DNA of 64,000 nt from an uncultured Planctomycetia bacterium. Lineage in GTDB: Bacteria; Omnitrophota; Gorgyraeia; VGKH01; JBHPFN01. The stretch covers positions 102,641 through 166,640 of the forward strand of contig CAYOSQ010000003.1 of the NCBI GenBank assembly GCA_964406665.1, written 5' to 3'. Positions 10,025-20,972 of the stretch are shown in pieces. Both the position numbers and the translations under genes were made by a program. The notes beneath the pieces were generated by a model. The model was not told where the DNA came from, did not search any database, and worked only from the letters and a program-made list of their open reading frames with translations. The first letter of the stretch is position 1; each line of letters starts with the position of its first letter.

Positions 10025-11968
10025 ATGATTACAATAAATAATCTCTCTAAAAACTTCGATCAGCGACTACTTCTTAAGGGAGTATCTTTAAGCATATACC
10101 CAAACGAAAAAATAGGATTGACCGGTCCTAATGGTGTAGGAAAAAGCACTCTCTTTTCCATCATTCTTGGTGAAACTGAGCCTTCTGCCGGTACTGTTCA
10201 GATTCAAAAGAATATTAGAATTGCCCATCTGGCCCAAGAAGCGCATTTTGATTCTGGCAAAACAGTGATTGATGAATTAACTTGCGGAGATAAGGCTATG
10301 CAAAAGTTGCTTCAGGAGAAGCAAAAATTGGAAGATGAGCACCATGCTGATAGCATGAGATATGGGGATATCTTACATGAATTAGAGACAATGGGAATTT
10401 ATGAGCTTGAGGCAAAGGCAAAAAAAATACTTATTGGTTTGGGCTTTAATATTGAAGATTGCAACAGACCAGTTAGTACCCTAAGCGGAGGTTGGCAAAT
10501 GAGGGTACTGTTGGCCAAACTTCTAACATATCACTACGATATTCTTTTACTTGATGAGCCTACAAACTATTTAGATTTATCCGCAACACTTTGGCTTAAA
10601 GATTTTTTATCGAAATATCGAGGTACGTTTATAATTATTTCTCACGATAAGATTTTTCTTAATGATGTGACAAATTATACAATAGTGCTTGAAGATGGAT
10701 TCATTGTAAAAACAAAAGGTAACTATGCCCAATATGAGCAAACTAAAGAAATGAGGATTAAATCCTTAGAAAAAAAGAAAAAAGAAGTTGAAAAGAAGCG
10801 GCTACAATTAGAAAAATTCACTCAGCGTTTTCATGCTCAGCCAAACAGAGCAGCCGCAGTAAGAAATAAACGTAAAATGATTGAACGTCTTGAATTGATT
10901 GACTTACCGGCGGAGAAAAAAAGTATTAAGGATTTTGAGTTTCCTGAAACAAGGAGAAGTGGACATACAGTTATTTCTCTAGAGAATATAAGTAAATTTT
11001 ATGAAGATAGAAAAGTTTATAAAGATTTATCTTTAGATATTAACCGCAAGCAAAAGATTTGTTTGGTGGGGCCCAACGGCGCAGGTAAATCTACCCTACT
11101 TAAGATTCTTGCGGGAGTTATTGAAAGTGATTCTGGTAAAAGAAAACTTGGACATCAGGTGGATGTCGGGTATTTTTCACAGACTCGGTTAGATGTACTT
11201 AATCCTGAGAGAGAAGTGTTTGATGAAGTTGCTTCAGTCGCAACAGGTAGGGTAGCAGCACTGCAGGTAAGAAGCCTGCTTGGTTTGTTCAATTTCCACG
11301 GAGACGATGTTTTCAAACAGGTAAAAATATTATCTGGAGGAGAGAAAAGTAGAGTTATTTTAGCTAAATTATTAATTAATCCCCCTAATTTTATTTTATT
11401 AGATGAGCCTACAACCCATTTAGATATTGATGGTGTTGAGGCATTAACCAAAGCATTTAAGGCATATGAAGGAACTCTATGTTTTATTAGCCACGATTTA
11501 TTTTTTATAAAAGAAGTAGCCTCAGGAATTATTGAGATCAATAACGGCTCTCTTAGTAATTACCCGGGAGGATTAGACTATTATTTAGGTAAGACTAAAG
11601 AGGGTGGCGTTATTTCTGCTGCTAGCGAAAGAAATTCTTTTAAAGAGAAAAAGCATAAAGCAAACAAAAAAGATAAGAAAAATGAATCTAATCCTGTGGT
11701 TGAACAGGTGCATAAGCGTTTAAAACAGGCGAAAGAAAGAGTTAAGGAAATCAAAAATAAAATCAAGTTTCTCGATAATGAAAAACAGGAGCTTGAATCT
11801 GAAAATTATGTGAAAGCAAGAGTTCTTTCTGATAAATTTAAGGTTAGAGATGAACAATTGATGAAAGAATACGGACAGCGCCTGAAATTTATCCAGAAAC
11901 GCATGAGAGAAATTGATATAGAAATTAAGAAATTGATTGATGAGCGCAACAGAATAAACAAAGTTTAA
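10025..11968 (+). CDS. ABC-F family ATPase
   Basis: Two ABC domains (GPNGVGKS/GPNGAGKS, LSGG, LDEPT), no TM, C-terminal coiled coil. Confidence 0.93.
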   Translation: MITINNLSKNFDQRLLLKGVSLSIYPNEKIGLTGPNGVGKSTLFSIILGETEPSAGTVQIQKNIRIAHLAQEAHFDSGKTVIDELTCGDKAMQKLLQEKQKLEDEHHADSMRYGDILHELETMGIYELEAKAKKILIGLGFNIEDCNRPVSTLSGGWQMRVLLAKLLTYHYDILLLDEPTNYLDLSATLWLKDFLSKYRGTFIIISHDKIFLNDVTNYTIVLEDGFIVKTKGNYAQYEQTKEMRIKSLEKKKKEVEKKRLQLEKFTQRFHAQPNRAAAVRNKRKMIERLELIDLPAEKKSIKDFEFPETRRSGHTVISLENISKFYEDRKVYKDLSLDINRKQKICLVGPNGAGKSTLLKILAGVIESDSGKRKLGHQVDVGYFSQTRLDVLNPEREVFDEVASVATGRVAALQVRSLLGLFNFHGDDVFKQVKILSGGEKSRVILAKLLINPPNFILLDEPTTHLDIDGVEALTKAFKAYEGTLCFISHDLFFIKEVASGIIEINNGSLSNYPGGLDYYLGKTKEGGVISAASERNSFKEKKHKANKKDKKNESNPVVEQVHKRLKQAKERVKEIKNKIKFLDNEKQELESENYVKARVLSDKFKVRDEQLMKEYGQRLKFIQKRMREIDIEIKKLIDERNRINKV

Positions 11969-11969
11969 A

Positions 11970-12224
11970 ATGAAGCTTAAGCTAGACCTGCATAATATCT
12001 ATTCTAACGGAGAAAAGCTAAATCAAGCCTTAGCTGGTATTATGGAAGAAGCCCAAAGGAAAAAAGCCAAGCTTGTTGAGATTATTCCGGGTAAAGGAAG
12101 CGGACAACTGAAAAAATCAGTTCTTAGATTTCTAGAAAAAGGCTATAAAAACACATTCATTAGAATCGAGAAGGATGATAAAAATTGGGGCAGGATATTT
12201 GTTCATTTCAGATGGAAGAAATAA
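11970..12224 (+). CDS. Stand-alone Smr domain protein
   Basis: LDLH, IIPGKGSGQLK, KNWG. Confidence 0.85.
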   Translation: MKLKLDLHNIYSNGEKLNQALAGIMEEAQRKKAKLVEIIPGKGSGQLKKSVLRFLEKGYKNTFIRIEKDDKNWGRIFVHFRWKK

Positions 12225-12910
12225 AAAGAGCACTTAAAAAAGTAAGCAGTAAAAAGAAAGCAAAAATATTACAACGCTTTTTTAAAACCGGTGCAGGTGA
12301 ATACGGCGAGGGAGATATCTTTTTAGGTGTTGTTGTTCCTGATATCAGAAAATTATCCAGGAAGTTTCAAGCTTCAGATATTAGGCACATTATCAAGCTT
12401 CTTAAATCTGCGATTCATGAAGAAAGACTGCTGGCACTTCTAATTCTGGTTTTAAAATATGAAAAAGGCAAAGAGAATGAGAAGAAAGGAATCTATCAAA
12501 TATATTTAAGTAATACGAAATACATCAATAATTGGGATCTGGTTGATCTAACTGCTCATCATATTGTGGGAAACTTTCTTATGGATAGAAGTAGGAAGCC
12601 ATTATATCTTTTGGCAAAATCAAAAATACTCTGGGAGAGAAGAATAGCCGTAATTTCTACTTTTCATTTTATTAGGAATCTACAGTTTGAAGATACTTTC
12701 AATATATCTAAGATATTATTGTTGGATGATCATGATTTGATACACAAAGCTGTTGGTTGGATGTTGCGTGAAGTAGGTAAGAGAAATATGGTTGCTGAAG
12801 AGAAATTCTTAAAAAGACATTATAAAGCTATGCCCAGGACAATGCTTCGCTATGCAATAGAGAGATTTCCAGAAAATCGTAGAAAAGCATATTTGAAAGG
12901 AACAATCTAG
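12212..12910 (+). CDS. DNA alkylation repair protein (AlkD-like)
   Basis: FFKTG.GEYGEGD.FLG, NNWDLVD, KAVGWMLRE; start moved to ATG 12212. Confidence 0.88.
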   Translation: MEEIKRALKKVSSKKKAKILQRFFKTGAGEYGEGDIFLGVVVPDIRKLSRKFQASDIRHIIKLLKSAIHEERLLALLILVLKYEKGKENEKKGIYQIYLSNTKYINNWDLVDLTAHHIVGNFLMDRSRKPLYLLAKSKILWERRIAVISTFHFIRNLQFEDTFNISKILLLDDHDLIHKAVGWMLREVGKRNMVAEEKFLKRHYKAMPRTMLRYAIERFPENRRKAYLKGTI

Positions 12911-13009
12911 ATCGTTTGGATATATTGATCTTGGATAATAAATCTTGCTTAAGAGATAAGTTATAGATACAATAATATTTAATTAGGTATTTTGGAAAGG
13001 AGATTTACT

Positions 13010-13234
13010 ATGCCAGATCAAAACTTTGAAGAGATTTCTGATGAAAAAATAGAACTTCTTTTGCGTCAAGAGAAAGAATACTACCAGAATGATTTTAAAG
13101 AAGCCATGGAAACAATTCTTGCTCAGCATAAAATTGATAAAGAAAGAGTTGAGAATTTAGCCAAGAAATTTTACACAGAAGAAGAAATTGAAGCTTCTAT
13201 GAAAAAGAAAGATATTGACTACGACGACGATTAA
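13010..13234 (+). CDS. Small acidic hypothetical protein
   Basis: AAGGAG SD before ATG 13010; acidic helical 74 aa. Confidence 0.6.
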   Translation: MPDQNFEEISDEKIELLLRQEKEYYQNDFKEAMETILAQHKIDKERVENLAKKFYTEEEIEASMKKKDIDYDDD

Positions 13235-13281
13235 GCTTGAAGTGTTCTGGTTGAATTTAGATATTAATATTAAAGGGTAAA

Positions 13282-14241
13282 ATGACCAAAAGAGTTGCTG
13301 ATTATATGACTTCAGACATTGAAAGTATTGATGGTGAACGCACAATACTGGAAGCAGTAATGTTGATGAGAAAGACACACGTTAGCTCGCTTCTTATAAA
13401 AGAAGCCGATAAGACCGTAGGTATCTTTACCGAGCGGGATTTGCTTACGAGGGTAGACGTTAACTCATCTTCCGGGTTTGATTCTATCAAGGTCAAAGAT
13501 GTAATGACTAAGGATTTGAAAACTGTAGATTGTTCTGAGGCCTATGTTGATGTGATTGAATTAATGCAGCATCATAGAATTCGACACACGCCTGTCTTGG
13601 AAAATGGAGAGATAGTTGGAATTGTCTCTTTAAGAGATTTGGTGGATCATTACTATGAAAATCTCGAGCATTTACTTGAAGAAATTATTGCTGCGTTATC
13701 TTCTGCCGTTGAAAAAAGAGACCCTTATACCGCAGGTCACCAAGAACGTGTCCGTCAGTTGGTTTTTGCAATCGCCAATGAAATGCAACTTCCCGAGAAA
13801 CAAAAAAGCGGGATCAACATGGCAGCGGTTATTCACGATATCGGTAAGATGTATGTTCCTTCAGAGATACTTGCTAAACCCGGAGCACTTTCTGAGGCCG
13901 AATTGACTTTAATAAGGATTCATCCTCAAGTTGGGTATGATATCTTAAAGGGTGTTGAATTTCCCTGGCCTATAGCAGAAATAGTATTACAGCATCATGA
14001 GAGGCTTGATGGTACTGGTTATCCCAAAGGTATGCATGGGGATGAAATTTTACTTGAGGCAAAAATTATTGGCGTCGCAGATGTTGTCGAAGCGATGGCT
14101 TCTCATCGTCCTTATAGGCCGGCACTTGGAATAGATAAGGCTTTGGATGAAATCAGCAAAAATAAAGGTACGGCGTACGAGTCTAGAGTTGTTGATATTT
14201 GCTGTAAGCTATTTAAAGAAAAAGGATTTCAGTTTAAATAA
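13282..14241 (+). CDS. CBS-pair + HD-GYP cyclic-dinucleotide phosphodiesterase
   Basis: Two CBS motifs (GIFTERDLL, GIVSLRDLV), then YTAGH, HDIGK, HHERLDGTGYP, SHRPYR. Confidence 0.9.
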   Translation: MTKRVADYMTSDIESIDGERTILEAVMLMRKTHVSSLLIKEADKTVGIFTERDLLTRVDVNSSSGFDSIKVKDVMTKDLKTVDCSEAYVDVIELMQHHRIRHTPVLENGEIVGIVSLRDLVDHYYENLEHLLEEIIAALSSAVEKRDPYTAGHQERVRQLVFAIANEMQLPEKQKSGINMAAVIHDIGKMYVPSEILAKPGALSEAELTLIRIHPQVGYDILKGVEFPWPIAEIVLQHHERLDGTGYPKGMHGDEILLEAKIIGVADVVEAMASHRPYRPALGIDKALDEISKNKGTAYESRVVDICCKLFKEKGFQFK

Positions 14242-14267
14242 TATATGTAGATAGACTATGATAGCTT

Positions 14268-14295
14268 CTCCGTAAGAAATTTACGGAGTTTTTTT
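14268..14295 (+). terminator. Rho-independent terminator
   Basis: CTCCGTAA-gaaat-TTACGGAG followed by T7. Confidence 0.85.
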
Positions 14296-14306
14296 GTTTA
14301 GGATAT

Positions 14307-15011
14307 ATGAAAATTAAAAGACAATCAGAAATTAATCTATTATCTTATTCTAAATCAGCATTGATTATTATATCTATAAATATCATTGCTTTTTTCTATT
14401 TGCATTATTCTAATATAGATAAAAATACTATTTCACAACTTGTGTTAACTCCGGCAAACATATTAAATAGAAACTACCTTTGCATTTTTGTCTCTGGATT
14501 TTTGCATAAAGATATGATGCATCTTGGGCTAAACATGTTGGGGGTTTTTATATTTTCACGAATTGTTGAGAAACATTTTGGTGTCTTCAGGACAATTTTT
14601 CTCTATATGGGAGCATTGTTTATATCTATGTCGTTGACGGTAGTAACGCATATTTTTTTCCGCCAGAATATAGGAATAATAGGTGCGTCCGGTGCAGTTA
14701 TGGGATTAGTTGCAAGTGCAATGCTAGTAGAACCATTTTGTCTTACTTTTGAAATGATTGTGCCAATTCCTGTTATGATTAAGGGGTGGTTATTCTTGTT
14801 CGCTGATTTAAAAGGTTTCTTAGGTGGTAAGCAGGATGGGATAAGTCATTTAGCTCACCTATTTGGTTTCTTCTCTATAGCAATTTTGGCATATTTTTTG
14901 AATAAAAAAGAAAAAGCAGTAATGCATACTGGATTAATCATTAATATTTTATCTTTTTTTGCTTTTCTAGGATTAAAATACTGGATGTCAAACGGAGACA
15001 TTTTTAAATAA
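14307..15011 (+). CDS. Rhomboid intramembrane serine protease
   Basis: H..HLGLNM, GASG, SHLAHLFG. Confidence 0.88.
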   Translation: MKIKRQSEINLLSYSKSALIIISINIIAFFYLHYSNIDKNTISQLVLTPANILNRNYLCIFVSGFLHKDMMHLGLNMLGVFIFSRIVEKHFGVFRTIFLYMGALFISMSLTVVTHIFFRQNIGIIGASGAVMGLVASAMLVEPFCLTFEMIVPIPVMIKGWLFLFADLKGFLGGKQDGISHLAHLFGFFSIAILAYFLNKKEKAVMHTGLIINILSFFAFLGLKYWMSNGDIFK

Positions 15012-15081
15012 TTGCAAGTATTTAAAACTATCATTTTCTGAGTTGTTTTTATGATATAATTACTAGAAAGCAAGGAGAATC

Positions 15082-15849
15082 ATGGATCTAATTTATTCAG
15101 TTATATTTGGTATTGTAGAGGGTTTTACAGAGTTCTTACCGGTATCTTCAACCGGACATCTTATTTTAACCGCAAAAATTCTGAATTTACAGCAGACAAA
15201 TTTCCTGAAGAGTTTTGAGATTGCAATACAACTTGGTGCTATTGCTGCCGTAGTTGTGCTTTATGGAAGGCGTTTTTTAAAAGATGCCGAGGTGATTAAG
15301 CGAATTATCACTGCTTTTATCCCTACGGCAGTAATCGGACTTTCTGCTTATGGATTTATAAAAAACTCTTTATTAGGCAATGATAATGTTGTTATCTGGT
15401 CGTTGATGATTGGCGGAATTATTTTGATAATTTTTGAAGTTCTTTTTGGGGAAAAGGATGATTCACTTGATGAGATTAAGAAGATTTCTTATAAACAGTC
15501 GTTTTTTATTGGCGTATTTCAATCTTTAGCTATTATTCCGGGAGTATCCCGCGCTGCTGCTACAATTGTCGGAGGTTTACTTTTAGGCTTAAGACGTAAG
15601 ACTATAGTAGAGTTTTCTTTTCTTCTGGCGGTGCCGACTATGTTAGCGGCAACATCATTGGATTTATATAAGAATATTCATAGTTTTAGTTTGGATCAGT
15701 TCACTTTCCTCGCTGTAGGATTTATTACGTCTTTTGTGGTTGCAGTTTTTGCAATCAAATTCTTACTTAAATATATAAAAAATCATAACTTTGTAATCTT
15801 TGGGATCTACCGTATTTTGATTGCTTTAACATTTCTTCTTTTTAGCTGA
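15082..15849 (+). CDS. uppP: Undecaprenyl-diphosphate phosphatase
   Basis: EGFTEFLPVSSTGH, PGVSR, EFSFLLAVP. Confidence 0.95.
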   Translation: MDLIYSVIFGIVEGFTEFLPVSSTGHLILTAKILNLQQTNFLKSFEIAIQLGAIAAVVVLYGRRFLKDAEVIKRIITAFIPTAVIGLSAYGFIKNSLLGNDNVVIWSLMIGGIILIIFEVLFGEKDDSLDEIKKISYKQSFFIGVFQSLAIIPGVSRAAATIVGGLLLGLRRKTIVEFSFLLAVPTMLAATSLDLYKNIHSFSLDQFTFLAVGFITSFVVAVFAIKFLLKYIKNHNFVIFGIYRILIALTFLLFS

Positions 15850-15872
15850 AGTTATGTTTTTTAAACCAGTTT

Positions 15873-17609
15873 ATGCTCAATAAAAAATTAATTTATATCA
15901 TTCTTATAGGTCTTTGCGTATTAACTTATGCAAACTCATTGCATAATGATTTTATTTCAGATGATCTTACTGCAATTGTTGCTAATCCACGCATTTCTCA
16001 GCCAATCAAATATTGGGATACCCCACACGAACTGATTAATTGCCTAAGTTACAAAATAGCTGGATTGAATGTCATTCCTTACCATGTTTTCAGCGTTTTC
16101 TTTCATGTGGTAAGTACTATTCTCGTATTCTTTTTGATAAGATTATTTCTTGATGATTTATCCAGTTTAATGGGAGCATGTTTGTTTGCGGTTCATCCTA
16201 TTCATGTTGAGGCAGTTAGTTGGATTTCCGGAAGGTGGCATGTAATCAACGCTTTTTTTGTATTAATAACGTATTTTTTATATCAGAAATCTGTCAACAC
16301 TGGCATTGAGAAAAAACGTTTAAAAGTATTTCTTTACTTATCATCATTAGGCATTTTCTTTTACTATATCAATAAACATTATCCTTTTTATATATTTCTT
16401 CCGTTTCTATTAATTTTATCTGATTTAGTTTTTAAACAATGGCGCAGAAGCTGGAGAATGTGGATTCCTTTTATTTCCATCGCGTTTCTTAAATTGATTT
16501 TTGTTATGAGCGCAGTGCAAGGCAGAGTAGATATTATTGCTTTTGAAGCTGCAGGGGGAGGGCAGTGGAGAAATCCACTTCCTTATTTTGTATATTCATT
16601 CTTTTCGCATCTTTGGCTAATGCTTTATCCGGTGAAACTTAGATTTTATCAAGATGCTGTTTCTTTAACTTTCTTTAACTGGCAGATAATTATTGGCTCA
16701 ATCGCAATTTTGGTCTTATTTTTATTTTTACCTTTTATTTACAAAAGAGCCAAGAGTCTTTTTTTCGGCCTAGGAATATTTATACTATTTCTTGCACCAA
16801 CTTATAGTCCAATTCTTGTTACACATTTAGTTGCAGAAAGATATGCCTATTTACCATCAATATTTTTCAGCATTATTTTTTCTTTTTGTTTTGCGAGGCT
16901 TTATTTCAAATCAAAGAAAATAGGAAAAGTATTAGTTTTATTAATTTTCAGTTCTATTATAATGATTTATGCAGCTAGAACAATTTTGCGCAATGAAGAC
17001 TGGAAGAATAACCAGAGTTTTTGGAGAAGAGAGCTTAAGCTCTCTCCTAGAAGCCCTGATGCTCATAACAATATGGGTGTTATTCATATTAAAGAAGGTA
17101 ATCTTTCAGGGGCAATTAAAGAATTCAAAGAAGCAATCAGGTTAAATAAGAATTATTATAATGCATATAATAATCTCGGATTAATATATAAAGATTTAGG
17201 TCGTATTGATGAAGCTTTAATGTTCTTCAGTAAAGCTATTGAAGTTAATCCGCGTAGACCTTTAGCTTATTATAATATTGGTCGTGTGTATTTTAGATTT
17301 CGCAGGATACCTGATGCAATAAGTTCTTTTGAGAAGGCCATCGAAAACAATCCGAATTATCTAAAGGCATACGAAAGACTTGCAGATTTATACTCCTACT
17401 TAGGTCAAAAAGAAAATGTCGTCAGGACTTACGAAAGAATTATTGATATTGACCCCAATAATGCCGAAGTACATTACAATTTAGCAGTTGTGAATTTCAA
17501 GTTGAATAATTTTGATTTAGCACGTAAGCACTGCGATAGGGCGGTGGCATTGGGGTATAAAGTTGAATCTGAGTTTCTCGATACTCTTAAACCCTATAGT
17601 AAACCTTAA
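15873..17609 (+). CDS. TMTC-like GT-C membrane glycosyltransferase with TPR tail
   Basis: FISDD, FAVHPIHVEAVSWISGR, AERYAYLP, RNEDW, then TPR repeats. Confidence 0.82.
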   Translation: MLNKKLIYIILIGLCVLTYANSLHNDFISDDLTAIVANPRISQPIKYWDTPHELINCLSYKIAGLNVIPYHVFSVFFHVVSTILVFFLIRLFLDDLSSLMGACLFAVHPIHVEAVSWISGRWHVINAFFVLITYFLYQKSVNTGIEKKRLKVFLYLSSLGIFFYYINKHYPFYIFLPFLLILSDLVFKQWRRSWRMWIPFISIAFLKLIFVMSAVQGRVDIIAFEAAGGGQWRNPLPYFVYSFFSHLWLMLYPVKLRFYQDAVSLTFFNWQIIIGSIAILVLFLFLPFIYKRAKSLFFGLGIFILFLAPTYSPILVTHLVAERYAYLPSIFFSIIFSFCFARLYFKSKKIGKVLVLLIFSSIIMIYAARTILRNEDWKNNQSFWRRELKLSPRSPDAHNNMGVIHIKEGNLSGAIKEFKEAIRLNKNYYNAYNNLGLIYKDLGRIDEALMFFSKAIEVNPRRPLAYYNIGRVYFRFRRIPDAISSFEKAIENNPNYLKAYERLADLYSYLGQKENVVRTYERIIDIDPNNAEVHYNLAVVNFKLNNFDLARKHCDRAVALGYKVESEFLDTLKPYSKP

Positions 17610-17621
17610 GGAAATAAAATT

Positions 17622-18719
17622 ATGTGGAGAAAATTTCTTATAGTATTTATTATCTGTTTGATTGTAACAATAACCTGTAAAGATGTTTTGATTACGGCTT
17701 GTGTTTCTTTTTTACTAAGGCAAGAATTTGGTCGTTTGGCTAAAATAGGCAAAATTAGTATTTCTCATAAAAAGATAACGATTGACGACTTAAGTGTAAT
17801 TCAAGAAGATTTTATTGTTAAATTAAAAAGTGGATTGGTTGGTTTAAAATTCTCTGGTTTATCCATGCCTTACATTTCAGATATTAATTTAGAAGATTTA
17901 GTTATTGAAGCAAGAAAAACAAAAGATTCTCAAGATATGTTCCAACAGGCAGGCAGAAAAGATTTAGATGGTAGCTTTTTTACAATAAAAGCTACAGAAT
18001 CTTTTTCGATAAAAGCTTCTTTTTATTTTAAAGGAAAGATAGCTGGCGAAAACGATATTTTTGTTGATGATTTGCGCATTCCTTACTGCAGTGTAGCTTA
18101 TAATGATCTAGCTATAGAAGTTAATCTTGATAAAGTAGAGGATAGCACTTACGAGTTAAGCATTCCGCTGCTTAGAATAAAAGATAAAGCAATTCAAGAC
18201 ATATTATTATTGGCAGAATTAAAAGATGACATTATTATAATAAAGCAATCCGAAATTGGACTTCTAGGTTCATTGGCTGACGTTCAGGGAGTAATCGATT
18301 TTAGCAATTTAGATAAAGTCTGCTTAAAACTTATGCTGTCCGATATTAGTTTGAATAATATTGTAAGCTTACTTGATAAAGAAAACAGCGTTACATTTAA
18401 AGGTCCGTTTGGTGGTGACTTAGATATTTGCTTTAAAGACAACATGCTCTATACTGCTCAGGGAGCATTGCGCAATACTGAAGGAGGAATTATAAGAATA
18501 GAAAAAGAGACTTCTTTAGGTTTTTTGCAGACCTATTTTGATGAGGCATCATATAATAGCTTAATTGACAATTTGAAGAATTATGCGTACAATGAAGGAG
18601 AATTAACGCTCACGCAAGACGCCGATGCTGTGATAGTAAACTTGAAATTTGATTCTGAAAATCTTGGAAAAAGAAACATTACTATAAGCTTTCACAATAT
18701 CTTAGGAGGTGCTCAATGA
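17622..18719 (+). CDS. YdbH-like (AsmA-clan) beta-rich protein
   Basis: N-terminal TM, beta-rich body, C-terminal GG.IRI...LKNYAYNEG; adjacent to YnbE/YdbL-like gene. Confidence 0.55.
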   Translation: MWRKFLIVFIICLIVTITCKDVLITACVSFLLRQEFGRLAKIGKISISHKKITIDDLSVIQEDFIVKLKSGLVGLKFSGLSMPYISDINLEDLVIEARKTKDSQDMFQQAGRKDLDGSFFTIKATESFSIKASFYFKGKIAGENDIFVDDLRIPYCSVAYNDLAIEVNLDKVEDSTYELSIPLLRIKDKAIQDILLLAELKDDIIIIKQSEIGLLGSLADVQGVIDFSNLDKVCLKLMLSDISLNNIVSLLDKENSVTFKGPFGGDLDICFKDNMLYTAQGALRNTEGGIIRIEKETSLGFLQTYFDEASYNSLIDNLKNYAYNEGELTLTQDADAVIVNLKFDSENLGKRNITISFHNILGGAQ

Positions 18720-19273
18720 AAAAAATATGTAGATTACTTTTGATTTTAGCTGTAATTGGCTGTGCTAAAGTAAGCGTTGAAACTACAAAGCCAATACAAG
18801 TAGACATAAACATGCGTGTTGATATTTACCAGCATGTTGAACAGGACGTTCAATCGATAAACGACCAGATTTACGGAAATTCTGCGATGGAGATGAATTC
18901 TATCTTTATTGCCGGATATGCATATGCTCAAGAGGTTTCCGAGGGAATTGATGCGGCTATACAGAGACGTAAAGTAAGAGCCAATCAGATATTAACTTAT
19001 TTTGAAAAGGATTATGTCGGTGAGAATAAAGATGCTTTGCTTAGCCTGCGTGATGGTATTCCAGAAGACATGCAAACAGAAGTAAAAAACGCGGTTCTGG
19101 CTGAGAATAAAGATAGGTCTATTATCTATTTTGAAACTACAAAGAAAAACAATGCTGATATTGCAGGAGTTAGAAAGATATTTTTTGACGGAGATTATAA
19201 GAGGGCCGCTAAAGGGTATTGGTTTGAGGTTTATGATCAAACATCTGGGAAACATACATGGAAGAAAAAATAG
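18716..19273 (+). CDS. YnbE-like lipoprotein fused to YdbL/DUF1318 domain
   Basis: Lipobox VIGC, KPIQVDINMRVDIYQHV, then VGENKDALL...AENKDRS.IY. Confidence 0.7.
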   Translation: MKKICRLLLILAVIGCAKVSVETTKPIQVDINMRVDIYQHVEQDVQSINDQIYGNSAMEMNSIFIAGYAYAQEVSEGIDAAIQRRKVRANQILTYFEKDYVGENKDALLSLRDGIPEDMQTEVKNAVLAENKDRSIIYFETTKKNNADIAGVRKIFFDGDYKRAAKGYWFEVYDQTSGKHTWKKK

Positions 19274-19307
19274 TTTTCAATTTTTTCTTCGATAATCGGA
19301 GGTTGGA

Positions 19308-20960
19308 GTGCTAGAAAAAGTTAATCCTGCGCAAACGTATTCTTGGAAGAAACTAAAAGACCAGTTTGAAATCTTGAAAGATAAGCATATGAAAGATATG
19401 TTTGTCGAAGATCCTCAAAGATTTAAGAAGTTTTCTCTGCGATTTGAAGACATTATTCTTGATTACTCCAAAAATATTATTGATGAACAGACAATAAATA
19501 TTCTTTTAGCACTCGCTGATGAAGTAAAGCTACCTGATTCAATCCGCAAGATGTTTACAGGTGAAAGGATTAACGAGACTGAAAATAGGGCAGTGCTTCA
19601 CGTGGCACTCAGGAATTTAAGCGGCAATCCAATTTTATTAGATAAAAATGATGTTATGCCTGAAGTGGATAGCGTTTTAAGTCAAATGAGAGAATTCTCA
19701 GAAGGAATTATATCCGGAAAATGGAGAGGTTATAGTAACAAGGCGATAGCAGACATTGTTAACATCGGAATCGGTGGCTCTGATTTAGGACCGGTTATGG
19801 CAACGGAAGCACTTAAACCTTATAAAAAACCCAACATTAATGTTCACTTTGTCTCTAATGTTGATGCAACTGATATAAGCGAGGTATTGAAAAAAGTCAA
19901 ACCAGCAACAACACTTTTCTTGATAGCTTCTAAGACGTTCACTACCCAAGAAACTATGACTAACGCTTTAACTGCCAGAGAGTGGTTTCTTAATGCTGTA
20001 AAAGATAAAAAGAATATCAAGAAGCACTTTGTTGCAATTTCTACTAATGAAGAAAAAGTAAAAGAGTTTGGTATTGATCCTAAGAATATGTTTCGTTTCT
20101 GGGATTGGGTGGGAGGCAGATACTCACTGTGGTCTGCCATCGGACTTTCTATCTGTTGTTCTATTGGATATGATAATTTTTTCCAAATGCTCGAAGGCGC
20201 CTATGCTATGGATAGGCATTTTAGAAACGCGCCTCCAGAAAAGAACATGCCGTTGATACTTGCTTTATTGAGCATTTGGTATAACAACTTTTTTTCTGCC
20301 GAGACAGAAGCAATCTTACCTTATGATCAATACATGCATAGATTCCCTGCATATTTTCAACAGGCAGATATGGAGAGTAACGGAAAATCTATTGATAGAG
20401 ATGGAAAAGAAGTTGATTATCAGACAGGTCCGATCATCTGGGGAGAGCCGGGAACCAACGGTCAGCATGCTTTTTATCAGCTTATTCATCAAGGTACTAA
20501 ATTGATCCCCTGTGATTTTCTCGCTCCGTCAATAAGTCATAATCCTATAGACGATCATCACAACATACTTCTTTCTAATTTTTTAGCCCAGACACAGGCT
20601 TTGATGCAGGGGAAAACCGATGATGAAGTTGCAAAAGAACTGGAAGATGCAGGGAAAACCAAAGCAGAGATAGAAAAACTTAAACCGTTTAAGGTTTTTA
20701 AAGGTAATAAACCGACCAACACAATATTATTTAAGAAATTAACACCTCGTACATTGGGTAGTCTTATTGCAATGTATGAACATAAAATATTTATTCAAGG
20801 TGTTGTTTGGAATATTTTTAGTTTTGATCAATGGGGCGTAGAACTGGGTAAACAACTGGCTAAGAAAATACTACCCCAACTGCATGAAAAAGGCAAAACT
20901 GCATCCAACGATTCTTCTACCGATGGTTTAATTAACGCCATTAGAGAGTTTCGTTCGTAA
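19308..20960 (+). CDS. pgi: Glucose-6-phosphate isomerase
   Basis: [39 protein letters not shown]. Confidence 0.97.
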   Translation: MLEKVNPAQTYSWKKLKDQFEILKDKHMKDMFVEDPQRFKKFSLRFEDIILDYSKNIIDEQTINILLALADEVKLPDSIRKMFTGERINETENRAVLHVALRNLSGNPILLDKNDVMPEVDSVLSQMREFSEGIISGKWRGYSNKAIADIVNIGIGGSDLGPVMATEALKPYKKPNINVHFVSNVDATDISEVLKKVKPATTLFLIASKTFTTQETMTNALTAREWFLNAVKDKKNIKKHFVAISTNEEKVKEFGIDPKNMFRFWDWVGGRYSLWSAIGLSICCSIGYDNFFQMLEGAYAMDRHFRNAPPEKNMPLILALLSIWYNNFFSAETEAILPYDQYMHRFPAYFQQADMESNGKSIDRDGKEVDYQTGPIIWGEPGTNGQHAFYQLIHQGTKLIPCDFLAPSISHNPIDDHHNILLSNFLAQTQALMQGKTDDEVAKELEDAGKTKAEIEKLKPFKVFKGNKPTNTILFKKLTPRTLGSLIAMYEHKIFIQGVVWNIFSFDQWGVELGKQLAKKILPQLHEKGKTASNDSSTDGLINAIREFRS

Positions 20961-20972
20961 CCATTTTAAAAT

